Part shown: one piece after another, positions 30,292 to 40,877 of the stretch
Numbering within the stretch: position 1 is the first letter of the stretch
Layout of the letters: each line of letters begins with the position of its first letter
Source: Hormiphora californensis
Taxonomy: Eukaryota; Animalia; Ctenophora
NCBI GenBank assembly: GCA_020137815.1
Contig: CM035353.1
Span: forward strand, 3,906,001-3,970,000
Direction of reading: 5' to 3'
DNA length: 64,000 nucleotides
Made by a program: the position numbers and the translations under genes
The notes under the pieces: model-generated
What the model was told of the DNA's origin: nothing
What the model saw: the letters and a program-made list of their open reading frames with translations, nothing else
Databases searched by the model: none

Positions 30292-30635
30292 GCAAATTCC
30301 AAATGCTGACTTGGCAAACGCCACTGGCCCCCGCAGCGCGGGATAAGGCAGGGGCCTGCCGCAGGGCTTTTCAATGGGCGCGATTATAATCTGGGTGCCT
30401 TGCAGCGTGTTTACAGGTGCGCGCTACCAAAAAGAGTACACTTATATTTCCTAGACCGACTTTTTTCAAACGGCTATAGCCACGCAACCACATGGCCGAT
30501 TTGAGTATTATTATTATTATTATTAACTCTAAAATGTATACATTACATATACTGCCCCTTTTTTGTGGGCAAAACGGATAGCCATTAATAAGTCCCATTA
30601 GAAGTCTCTTCAGTGCACATGTCACTGATTAGAAG

Positions 30636-31658
30636 TCAGCCACATTTAATTACCCCCCTGCTAACCCAATATCGTCCATTTGGATTGCCTCGCCTCAGTC
30701 CTTTCACTGTATCAACGAGAGTTTTCCGTTCTCGCTGTTCCTCCGGTGTTAGGTCGGGGGAAAGAAACACCGAGGAAAATTTCTCTGAATCCCGGAGCTG
30801 CTTTGCTTTCCTGAGAAGCTGCAACAAGGTTTCCCTCCTTTCAAGGGTAACGATTACTGGTCTTGGTCGGTTATCAGTCTTTTCGCCGACTCGCTTTGTG
30901 GAAGTTATGACTGGTTTTTCATTCAGCTCTGTAAAAATATCTCGAACTTCATGCTCAGTGGTTCTTGCAGTAGTTTCTGGTAGCCCAAACAAAACCAAAT
31001 TCAGCTTTCGATCAGGAGTTGCTTCTTCTGTTGTACTTGTGGGAAGGGGCACTGACGCTTTCTTCCATGCTGCTTGGAGGCGGGATGGTGCAATAGCCGC
31101 TGAGCAGTTCTGGACAAGTACTTTGGAGTAGCCCTGCAATTGCTTCTGAACAGACTCCGACACCGAATTGAGTTTCTGACCTTGTACTTCAATCAAACTT
31201 TTTTGTGCTTCAATCAGCTTCTCTTGTAACTCAATCCTTGATACCCGATGTTTATCAACCTCTTCCTTGAATGAGCCAAGCTCTTTTTGTACCTCCTTGA
31301 GTTTCCGATTACACTCCTCTAGTTCCCGACGTTCTTTCATACGGACAGTTTCATCGTTATTTTTCATACATTGTCCAGCTTCCCTCGCTATCAGAAGAAT
31401 ATGACGGCAGAGGTTCTTGGTGAAGGCCATGAACTGATCTCCATTATAATTTCTTATAGCGTAGTCTACTGGCAGTGACCGACTGGAATCCAAGAATAAC
31501 ATCCGCAGCTCTTCATCCACCTGATGGTGACTCGGTTTGGTTCCATTCCTGATTAACAAAACGTCTCTTACTGCATAACGAAGTAGTTCCATCACCGAGG
31601 GATCAACACATTTCAGTGGATCGGCATCTGCATCAGAGGTATTGAGTTTCTCCGTCAT
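30636..31658 (-). CDS. LINE ORF1-like protein (coiled coil plus RRM/CTD)
   Basis: Coiled coil followed by LNLVLFGLPE...KRVG...RPRPVIVTL...LLRKAKQLR...VFLSPDLT. Confidence 0.8.
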   Translation of the reverse strand: MTEKLNTSDADADPLKCVDPSVMELLRYAVRDVLLIRNGTKPSHHQVDEELRMLFLDSSRSLPVDYAIRNYNGDQFMAFTKNLCRHILLIAREAGQCMKNNDETVRMKERRELEECNRKLKEVQKELGSFKEEVDKHRVSRIELQEKLIEAQKSLIEVQGQKLNSVSESVQKQLQGYSKVLVQNCSAAIAPSRLQAAWKKASVPLPTSTTEEATPDRKLNLVLFGLPETTARTTEHEVRDIFTELNEKPVITSTKRVGEKTDNRPRPVIVTLERRETLLQLLRKAKQLRDSEKFSSVFLSPDLTPEEQRERKTLVDTVKGLRRGNPNGRYWVSRGVIKCG

Positions 31659-31705
31659 AACTTCTTCCTGCCCCTACGGGCGGTCTCAACATCCTGAGGA
31701 CATAT

Positions 31706-31743
31706 CTCAAATTAATTTGTTTAAAGTAGTGTTGAAAAGTTTG
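31706..31743 (-). other. Ctenophore spliced-leader exon-like sequence (not followed by a GT donor)
   Basis: CAAACTTTTCAACACTACTTTAAACAAATTAATTTGAG then ATATG; resembles the Pleurobrachia SL as recalled, not aligned. Confidence 0.72.
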
Positions 31744-32020
31744 AGTAAACTAAACGGTATCTGATAGAGAATCGATAGCCCTAACCGATAACCCCAAACA
31801 AAACCCTAACCCGACCCTCACAACAGCCCTAACCCGTCTCGACCGCCAAAATCGATGAATTGTTAGCAATGGAAAGCACCCAGATTTTAACGTTTTCCCT
31901 TTTCAACCAAAATGGGGGGGGTCGGCCGATATTGGCCTTGAATATAAATAGTGGTACACACACTAACAATGCCAATAATAAATTAAACAAACGGGGTCAA
32001 TAAATTATATAAATAAAGAT

Positions 32021-32701
32021 TTAGTCTATTTGGTAGATACTATCATCCCGACCGCTGCTGCCTTCCGCCCTAAGCCGTCCGCGGTGCCCCCTGATGGAAA
32101 TGGTGACGGAGCGGACCATGGCAAATGACAACCTTAGCCTCAGGTACCGGATACACTGATCGTATGAATATCCTGTTTTAGTCGCCTTCTTTTCAGCCAA
32201 CTGTTTCAAAGTCTTATTAAATTCCCTTCCGAGGCCCCCTGTCGTTGACATTACCAGTGGTGTGAATGTTGACTTTTCCACCTCTAGGACGCGGTGGAGG
32301 TAGGATGTTTTCTTCTCTCTCTCGTGTTTTTCATATGTTTTGGCGATGGTCTGGTTTGAGTTGGACGATATCCTTGGATTGAAAATCCTAACATCAAAAT
32401 AGATATTGTCCATATCCGACCAAAAGCCGCGACTACTGATGTCAAGTCTGGCGCCATCGGCTGTTATAGTGCCAGCCGGAAGATTCACCCCTCGAACATT
32501 TAGAAGATGGGGCTCGATCTTAGTGTCGACACATACTTTATTCAGTTCGTGGCCAATGAGATCTCTCACGTTGTTGTGTCGGAAACATACAAAACCTCCG
32601 AGTTTACAGGATATGAGGTGGTCGATGGTGTTTTCTTCCCCACATGCACAATGCTGAGGTAAGGCCTGTCCGACGAGAGGCAGGTTATACCGAGCAGACA
32701 T
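32021..32701 (-). mobile_element. 3' fragment of a CRE-clade non-LTR retrotransposon (CCHC plus restriction-like endonuclease)
   Basis: CACG...HLISCKLGG...RHNNVRD...EP...ARLDI...FDVRI...EREKK..Y...FTPLVMSTTGG. Confidence 0.82.
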
Positions 32702-32749
32702 GGCGTCATGCCACTCTTGCCTGTTGAGTGTGAAGCCTCCTTGGGCTTC

Positions 32750-34790
32750 TGGAAGGAAGAGAGAGAAAGGCTATTGACACTATCAAATGTAATCCACGGT
32801 TTTTCTGGTCATTTGTGAACAAGCATCGGAAAATCAAGTCTAGTGTGGCCCCACTCCTAAGACCTGATGGCACAGTTACCGATGATCCCCTGGAGAAATC
32901 AAACATTCTTCAGTCACAGTATGTGGGGGTATTCAGCGATCCTGCTAAGTGTTCGGCCGAGGAGGCTACTAAGGATATTCCTTCTACGACCATCACACTG
33001 GACAATCTTGACTTTACTCCCGGCTGTATTGAGGATGCATTGGCTGAGTTAGATCCTTACGCTGGAGCACCACCAGGGGACATACCAGCGGTTATACTGT
33101 CCAAGTGCCGGAAACAGTTGGCATACCCCTTATGGTTACTTTGGGATTGTTCTTTCCATGAGGGTGTCGTACCAACATGCCTTAAACGCCAATATATAAC
33201 ACCCGTGTTTAAGAAAGGATCCAAAATGGAGGCAAAAAATTATCGGCCTGTCGCACTCACCTCCCACATGATTAAAACATTTGAGAGAGTTGTAAGAAAC
33301 AAAGTTGTCGATCATCTGGAGGGAAATGGGCTCTTCAACGATGGCCAGCATGGTTTCCGGAGGAACAGAAGCTGCTTGACTCAACTCTTAAACCACTACG
33401 ATAATGTCATGAGAGAACTGAATAACGGACACGAAGTGGATGTTGTGTATTTAGACATGGAGAAGGCTTTTGACAAAGTCGATGTCAAGGTCTTGATGGC
33501 AAAATTGGAAAAATACGGTATTCGGGGACAGCTACACCGTTGGATCAACAACTTCCTTTCAGAAAGAGTACAAACAGTGATGGTAGATGGTGCTCAGTCT
33601 CGGGAGGAATTGGTCATCAGTGGTGTCCCACAGGGTACAGTTATTGGTCCCTTGTTGTTTTTAGTCTATATGATAGACATAGAGGCACTTCTTTCTGGCA
33701 CAGTCCTCACCTTCGCAGACGATTCCAAGCTGTGGAAGGCAATCAAGTCATTGGATGATAGAGAGGATCTCCAGAAAAGTCTAGCTGTGTTTGCTCGTTG
33801 GGCGACAGATAACAACATGTCCCTACACCAGGACAAATTTGAAGTTATGAACTATACTCTTCGCTCCACCCAACTGTTAAGAGAGCTGCCATTCTCCAAT
33901 GAAAACTACTCCTACAGTGGGCCTGGAGGCGAAACGATATCCCCTAGCGAATCTGTCAAAGACCTAGGAGTCCTTGTTTCAACAAACTGTGCATGGTCGG
34001 AGCATATCGGCAGCATCACGACTAAGGCTCGTCGGATGAGTGGCTGGGCACTTAGTGTGTTTCGGGATAGATCGGATGACACCATGCTAACCCTACTCAA
34101 ATCCATCGTCAGACCCCAGGTTGAATACTGTTGTCCCCTATGGAACCCTGTCAAAAAGTCAGATATTGCACTGGTTGAGGAGGCACAGAGACAATTCACC
34201 CGCAGGATCGCGAGTTGTTCGGGCATGAATTACTGGGACAGACTCCATCACCTCAAAATCCTGTCCCTTCAACGGCGCCGAGAACGATATATAATTATCC
34301 ACGTCTGGAAGGTCCTGCATAAGGTAGTACCAAACAGTACGAGTCTCTTGTTTACAGAGCACCCACGCCTTGGCACCAGAGCGGTAATCCCTCGGTATAA
34401 CTACTTGGCCCAAAAATCCATCTCTGGCCCCTATGACTCATCATTCGGCGTAAAAGGAGCTCAGTTATGGAATGCAGTGCCTCGGGTAGTGAGATCTTCA
34501 GCTTCCCTACTCGAGCTAAAGCAGTCGCTCGGTAAATATCTGTCCACCATCCCTGACCAGCCACCGGTTCGTGGGTATAGTGTTCAGCACAGTAACTCCC
34601 TGTTGGATTGGAGAAACGATCCGAGTGTTTTCAGAGAGTAAATCATTCAGGGGTGTTTTGCTTTTCTATGTTGTTTGGCTGCCCATTAAAACCCGATTCC
34701 TTTTGGTGTCTGAGTGTTAGCTCTTTTTGAGCTGAAACTTTGTGTACAATGCTTAATTTATTTATGAATGTTTATGAATGTTTATGAAAG
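32750..34790 (+). mobile_element. 5'-truncated CR1-like non-LTR retrotransposon
   Basis: IKCNPRFFWSF then NYRPVAL, QHGFR, DMEKAFD, PQGTVIGP, FADD; (TTTATGAATG)x3 tail near 34760-34790. Confidence 0.9.
32815..34641 (+). CDS. Reverse transcriptase (ORF2 lacking the APE domain)
   Basis: 608-aa open frame with RT motifs. Confidence 0.88.
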   Translation: MNKHRKIKSSVAPLLRPDGTVTDDPLEKSNILQSQYVGVFSDPAKCSAEEATKDIPSTTITLDNLDFTPGCIEDALAELDPYAGAPPGDIPAVILSKCRKQLAYPLWLLWDCSFHEGVVPTCLKRQYITPVFKKGSKMEAKNYRPVALTSHMIKTFERVVRNKVVDHLEGNGLFNDGQHGFRRNRSCLTQLLNHYDNVMRELNNGHEVDVVYLDMEKAFDKVDVKVLMAKLEKYGIRGQLHRWINNFLSERVQTVMVDGAQSREELVISGVPQGTVIGPLLFLVYMIDIEALLSGTVLTFADDSKLWKAIKSLDDREDLQKSLAVFARWATDNNMSLHQDKFEVMNYTLRSTQLLRELPFSNENYSYSGPGGETISPSESVKDLGVLVSTNCAWSEHIGSITTKARRMSGWALSVFRDRSDDTMLTLLKSIVRPQVEYCCPLWNPVKKSDIALVEEAQRQFTRRIASCSGMNYWDRLHHLKILSLQRRRERYIIIHVWKVLHKVVPNSTSLLFTEHPRLGTRAVIPRYNYLAQKSISGPYDSSFGVKGAQLWNAVPRVVRSSASLLELKQSLGKYLSTIPDQPPVRGYSVQHSNSLLDWRNDPSVFRE

Positions 34791-35716
34791 TTCAAGGATT
34801 GGAGGGGGAGACATGTTAACCAGGATGAGGCCCCCTTTTCGTTGAGTAGGTCCAGATTTCTGATTTCAGCTGATGTCATCAAACTTTTGATCTCATCGAT
34901 TTTCTTCTGAACCAAAATTCCCAAATCTTTTTCTTAAAAAAAGTCAAACAAATCACTAAATCAAATCAAGTGCTTAAAATCGGGAATAAATTATAATAAA
35001 TTACCCACACACCGTCATACTCTCATACTCCCTCTCTCTGCTCACTTGTCTCGAAAGTCTACATCTTCCACACTGACTGGGACAACCCTTCTCTTGGTTC
35101 CCCGAAGCGCAACAAGAGTTGATCTTAACAAACTGAATCGTGTCTTTTCTCGGATGAAGGACATGGTTTCAGCGTAACTCTCCTTGTGCTAATCAAGTGC
35201 TAATCTTTCTCCGCTGCATTTAAACGTAGGGCGCGAACACTGAGGTCAAACTCTGCTGCGCGTTCGTTCTTTTTAAGTAGGTGCGCGCTCAAGTAAAGAG
35301 TCAAGATGCCAATCGGTGTTGGGGTTAGTGAATTTAAAAAAAAAAAAAAAAAAAAAAGTCAAGACTCTGCAAAATCTTGTCCTGTCAAAAATCAGCTCTT
35401 TTCGTGAATTTTCAGCTCTATTATGATATTTCGAAGCCTTTCTGAAGCATTTCCGAAGCATTCTGATGTCTTCTGTCTTGGTATATGGGGTAAGCTCCAA
35501 AAATCATACATCGATGGACGTATTTTCCATCCAGGAGCCCCATCATATCGTGCGAAGGCATTGAAAAGCCTCTACAAAGTTATTTTACAACCAACTTGGG
35601 AAACTAAACCTTGGTTGTCCGTTGTGGCGATTGGCCAATTGAGATACTGATAAAAGCTGCTCTTTTATGAAAATGATACTGACTAAATTTCCATGCATAG
35701 GGCATCTAGGAGGAGA

Positions 35717-38700
35717 ATGGCGTCGCCTCCACAGCCTCCTCGATCAATGAAAGTGAGTAAAGTGGAATCACTCACCGTCCACTACACTCTACATTCATAC
35801 CAGCATAGACCCCACAAGTCACGACCCCATGCATGCCGCAAGTGTCACTCTCCTCTCAAAGTAAGAAAACAGGTTCAGGAAGTTTAAAACTGTAAAATAA
35901 CGTACAAACCAGTATGTATGAGACTATAAACACAGCATGTATGAGATTATAAATTCTAGACGATCTCTTCCTTAGAAACTGGACGAATCTGCATCTGATC
36001 CTGCACGGCCGGTTGTTCGTGACATCGTTCAGAGCGCCCTCTACTCAGATACAGATGACGATAGAACATCATCCCTTACCAACCTTCAGGTATAATTAAA
36101 CAATAATTCATTATTTATCTTTGAAAACCAACTGTTTACATGAGTGTCAAGGATAGATTGTTTCGACTGGCTGTTATAGCCCAGCTGTTGTAACAGCACA
36201 GTTGGTGAAGTGCCGTTGTAACCTTGGTAACCTTGGTAACTTTGGTAACCAACTGGTAACAGCTTGGTAACCTTGGTAACCAACTGTAACCCGGAGTTGT
36301 AACAGCTCCTGTTACCCAGGAGGAAGTGCCCATAAAGATAACCATCCTACCTTCCACGGCGCATCTAACTCCTACCGTTGAAACGGTGGAAGTCACCCCT
36401 GCTGCACAGCAGGATGGAGATCAGGATATAGTGGTTTCTCTTACCCCCGTCCTAGGGGATCAGTCGTCCTCCCTGGCACCCGGTGACATGGAGATTCAGA
36501 CGATCCTGGCCAATGCTTCATCTGAACTATCCATTGCAGAGGTTCATGTTATATATTATCTGTTGTACCCTGCTGTGCAGTACAAGCTTGCTGATCTGAT
36601 CTTCCTCTTTTTGTGTGTGATCCTCTACCTTCCCAGCTTTTCTACTGATGGATGATTGTAACGTACTGTCGTTGCGTCAATTATGTTCTGAGTTCTCGTG
36701 TGAATTTTGTTCTCGTGTGAATTATGTTCTCGTGTGAATTATGTTCTCGTGTGAATTATTATGTTCTCGTGTGAATTATAATGTTCTCGTGTGAATTATG
36801 TTCTCGTGTGAATGATCCAGTAATTGACGTATTCGTGTTTGATCTTTCTGTTACTCAACACTCTTAAATTGTAGTTTCTTTGGCCGAAATTCGTTGCTAC
36901 AGTATCTGAATCCCACTGGTTCTTGAACCACTGACAAGTTCCTCTCCCCACAGAGACACGATCCAGTGAGAAGTTACTCGACGCCACCCCCATTCCCCAC
37001 CGAATCGTACCGGTCAGTTAGTCCGGCTGGCCGGCCGACATCCTACAATAGCAGTATGAGATCCCCCAGTCCCGTCAGACGGGGTCCTGGTGTAGGGAGG
37101 TCGCCCAGTCCCATTTTAAATCCCTCTAAATACCAGGTAATATCGATGGGTCAGCAGTTGGTCAAAAATACTTGTTTTTTAGGAATATAAGCGTGTTAAC
37201 TGACTCCCCCCTTTCAGTGGCTTCAACAGCCCGACCAATTGGACCAGGAGGACCTGCACAGGCAGTGCCGGGATCTCAGGGTAAAGATAGAGCAGGAACA
37301 TGATGGTTACAAGCACAAGTTAAAAGCAATGCAAGAAGGCGCTCAGAAACAGACTACTCTTGCCACTAAACTTCAAAATAAGGTAACTAAAACCTGCGAT
37401 CAACGTCTACAACAACAACGTCTAATATATGAATATATTAGACGTTGTTGTTGTAGACGTTTCAGTTTCAGTTTCAGTTTCAGTTTCAGTTTCAGTTTCA
37501 GTTTCAGTTTTCCATGCCCTTTTTACTTGCCCTTTTTACTTGCCCTTTTTACTTGCCCCATTCAGCTTGTCCGTTCATTATTATTCAACAACTCTCCCCT
37601 ATATATCTAACGGCTTTTCCCGCCGTTACTATGGGTTACAGAATTCTAACCTTCTATTCTACCATGAATTTATCGTCATGCAGGGTCTATTTAGAAAGTT
37701 CTATAGGGATCCTGTGATACCCCTCTACCTCTTTACCACCTTTACAGCAATCCAGACAGGATTATCCCGCCCCCCACTTTTATAGACGATCGGTTGGCAT
37801 GGCAACGAGTTTCATAAATTCCCTATCTCTATATTTCTCTCTGATATATCTCTCTATGTCATGTTTATTGTTTAAAGTTTATGTACCTTGATCGATACAA
37901 CACTCTAGCACAGCGGGCACTGTTATAGAGCACTGTAAACTGTCATAGCTGGGACATATATAATTGGTAGGGGGCCCCTGTGTAGGGTATAGCAATACAC
38001 ATGTATGATGGTGCTCATGTGGGATCTTTACAAGCGTTGGGCTTCACCCAGAAAAAAATTGACGTGATACTTGGACTTATTTAAACCCTCATTCAAGGTT
38101 CCTGGTGTTTCCGGAGCTCTAATACCCATGGAAGCTTGTTTTTTGGCATCGAAAATACCAGAAGGAAGTTTTTGCTGGTGCTGAGACTTTGTTAAAATGT
38201 TTTTTGAGTATTTTCTATGTCAATCCAAGAGTTTCATGAATTCAGCTATTTAAGTTCCCCTTTTTATTCTTTTTGAAGAGAACATAGTTTTAGCATTGAA
38301 CACGTGTGCCTTCACGATTCGATAGAGATCAGTATAATAGATACAGACCAAAATTCCTCGGGGAAATTGCGGTTCCTCATACATATGTGCCATGCTGTAA
38401 TACGCTTCGGATCATACCATGATGGCTCCTAAAACATCCCCCTCTCAATGCATGCTGATTTATTGACAGATATAATGCACGTCAAGCATCACACTCATGT
38501 CAGACGATATTATATGCAGCAAGAACCAATATTATATCGACAAGATATATCTTACATGAATGAAATATATATCGTGAATGGAATACGGTCGAACCCCGAT
38601 TTACCGGGCCCCGAATTACCGGAACCCCGATTTACCGGGAGGATAAACTTTCCCGAAAAATTTTGGCCCATTTTCACTGAATCTGCTTGTTGGGCGTGAA

Positions 38701-40835
38701 ATTTTGATCTATAGAGGGTCAAAAATGCATCACCCCGATATACCAGGCACCCCTCGATTTACCGGGCAAGATGGCTTCCCCCGAGGATCACGATAAATCG
38801 GGGTCCGACTGTATATATATATATCTTGGAGACTGAAAAATTTAAAAAAAAGAAGCATCTTTAACATTTCACAGAAGTGCATGAAGGACTTCTCAGCTGT
38901 CACGTTCCTCATCATGTCACCTGATCTCTAAACCATGTATAGAATTATTATAACCCTCCTTTTCGAGCAAGCGTGGAGCTCTGAATGACTATTATACCAA
39001 GATATACTTATAGCAGGAACTGACCGAAACAAGTAAACAACCAATCAGAACTCGTTATTTAGGTCACGTGACTGGTTATCAGCCAATCAGCGACCAGTAT
39101 TTCCTGATTCGGTCGGTTCTTGAATTATAGACATAGCAATTTGATTTCTTTTGTTCGGGATGACTTTCCAGCTACCTCTGAAGTCTGGGCAGGTGAGTAG
39201 AACTTCGCTCCTAATAAAAGGCTGCAATAAAAGGCTGCAATAAAAGGCTGCAGAAAAAGGCTGCAATAAAAGGCTGCATTAAAAGGCTGCAAGGGATCAC
39301 GTATCCAACCAGACTAAAGCGGGGGATAGACCGAATCGTCCTCCCCTAATAGTGTTTCGTATCACGTATCGGCTGTAGTGAGACCGAATCACCCTCCCCT
39401 AATTATAGTGATTCGTGTCACGTATCCAACTAGACCATAGGCAATAGAGAGAGACCGAGATAGAGAGCGAGTACGAGTGAGAACTGAGAGTATGAAAAAT
39501 CAGAATCACGGTATGGTATCACGTACCATGGTATCCTCTAATGAAAAGCGGTTACCAATTGACAATGAGACCTCATCGGTCCCGATACGTGATTCTCTAC
39601 CGCTATGTATTCTCCATTAGTCTTTCCGTATCGATCCACGATTCAGTAGAGGTAGTCAGTAACTACTGAGAGTGTTGGTCTAATGAGGTAGGGTAGATCT
39701 ATTGATTGAGCGTGTAGCACAATCACAGGTGAACCACCCAACCACTTAGTTCACCTATCATAGTATTATATGTGATTCCGATCTACTGAATTGTGTACAT
39801 AAAGACTATTGGCGAATAACGGTAGAAAATCAGTAATCACGTATTGGCACCGATTAGGTCAAATTATAGGTAACCGCCTTTCATTTAATTAATTAGAGGA
39901 TATCATGAAACGTGATACAATACTTGATTAGTCGTCCATGATTCGGATCTCTCACTCTCACCTCTCTAACTCTCTATCTCCGTCTATCTACCGCCTATGG
40001 TTTAGTTGGATACCAGGCACGAATCACTATAATTAGGGGCGGGTGATTCGGTCTCTCTACCGCTTATGGTAGAAACCGATACGTGAAACAAAACCCTATT
40101 AGGGGAGGACGATTCGGTCTATCTCCTGCTTTAGTGCTTTAGTCCAGTTGGATATGTGATCCATTGCAGCCTTTTATTGCAGCCTTTTATTGCAGCCTTT
40201 TAATGCAGCCTTTTATTGCAGCCTTTTTCTGCAGCCTTTTATTGCAGCCTTTTTCTGCAGCCTTTTATTGCAGCCTTTTATTAGGAGCGAAGTTCTACTC
40301 ACCTGCCGAAGTCTGGAATTGAACAAGGGCTTTAAACGAATTACGTTTTACGTCAGTCGTACAACTTTATTATAATTACGAAATGACGAAAGCTCATCGA
40401 CTACTTATTGTTCTTTTTGTTGTGTGTTGGTTTGGTTTTAGAAAGCGATCATTTTCTGAGCATTTGCTATTTATTTTTCTCAAGTTATCCAGAACTATGG
40501 TGCATTTTTACCCTCTTCTGTTGCTATAGTAACCGACTCAAAGCACCCTAGTCCCTAACAGCACTACATGCTCATTACGAATGACCCCTAAATATATTGC
40601 ATGCTCCCAACTAATTACTGATAAATCTCTCACTCCGTCTGCATCGCTGGCATTGATCCAATTTTCAGTTTAATTGTATCATCAGGAGTGGGGAGCATGA
40701 CTTGTGCAGCACCTCTCCTGTCCTGAATTACGGGGGACAGTTGCCATAGTAACCTGGGTGCCTTATGTGAGAGAGAAATAGGGCTGTAGTTTCCATGTAA
40801 AATTGATTCAGTAGTTTCTCTCTCTCTCTCTCTCC

Positions 40836-40877
<42 letters not shown>

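Larger units (their letters stand above)
30508..31743 (-). mobile_element. Spliced-leader-capped, ORF1-only retro-insert
   Basis: SL-like 5' end, one ORF, (TAA)n tail at 30508-30525, TSD TTTGAGTA at 30500-30507 and 31740-31747. Confidence 0.8.
30376..31899. mobile_element. Second related CCCTAA-core element, interrupted by the retro-insert
   Basis: AATCTGGGTGC...GCACCCAGATT; the halves align with 30057-30291 once 30508-31747 is removed. Confidence 0.55.

Noticed and set aside
31706-31743. SL RNA gene
   Set aside because: No GT donor or Sm site after TTTGAG; it lies within a TSD-bounded insert.
30190-31835. Telomere or interstitial telomeric site
   Set aside because: Only a few degenerate CCCTAA units, located inside a dispersed repeat.
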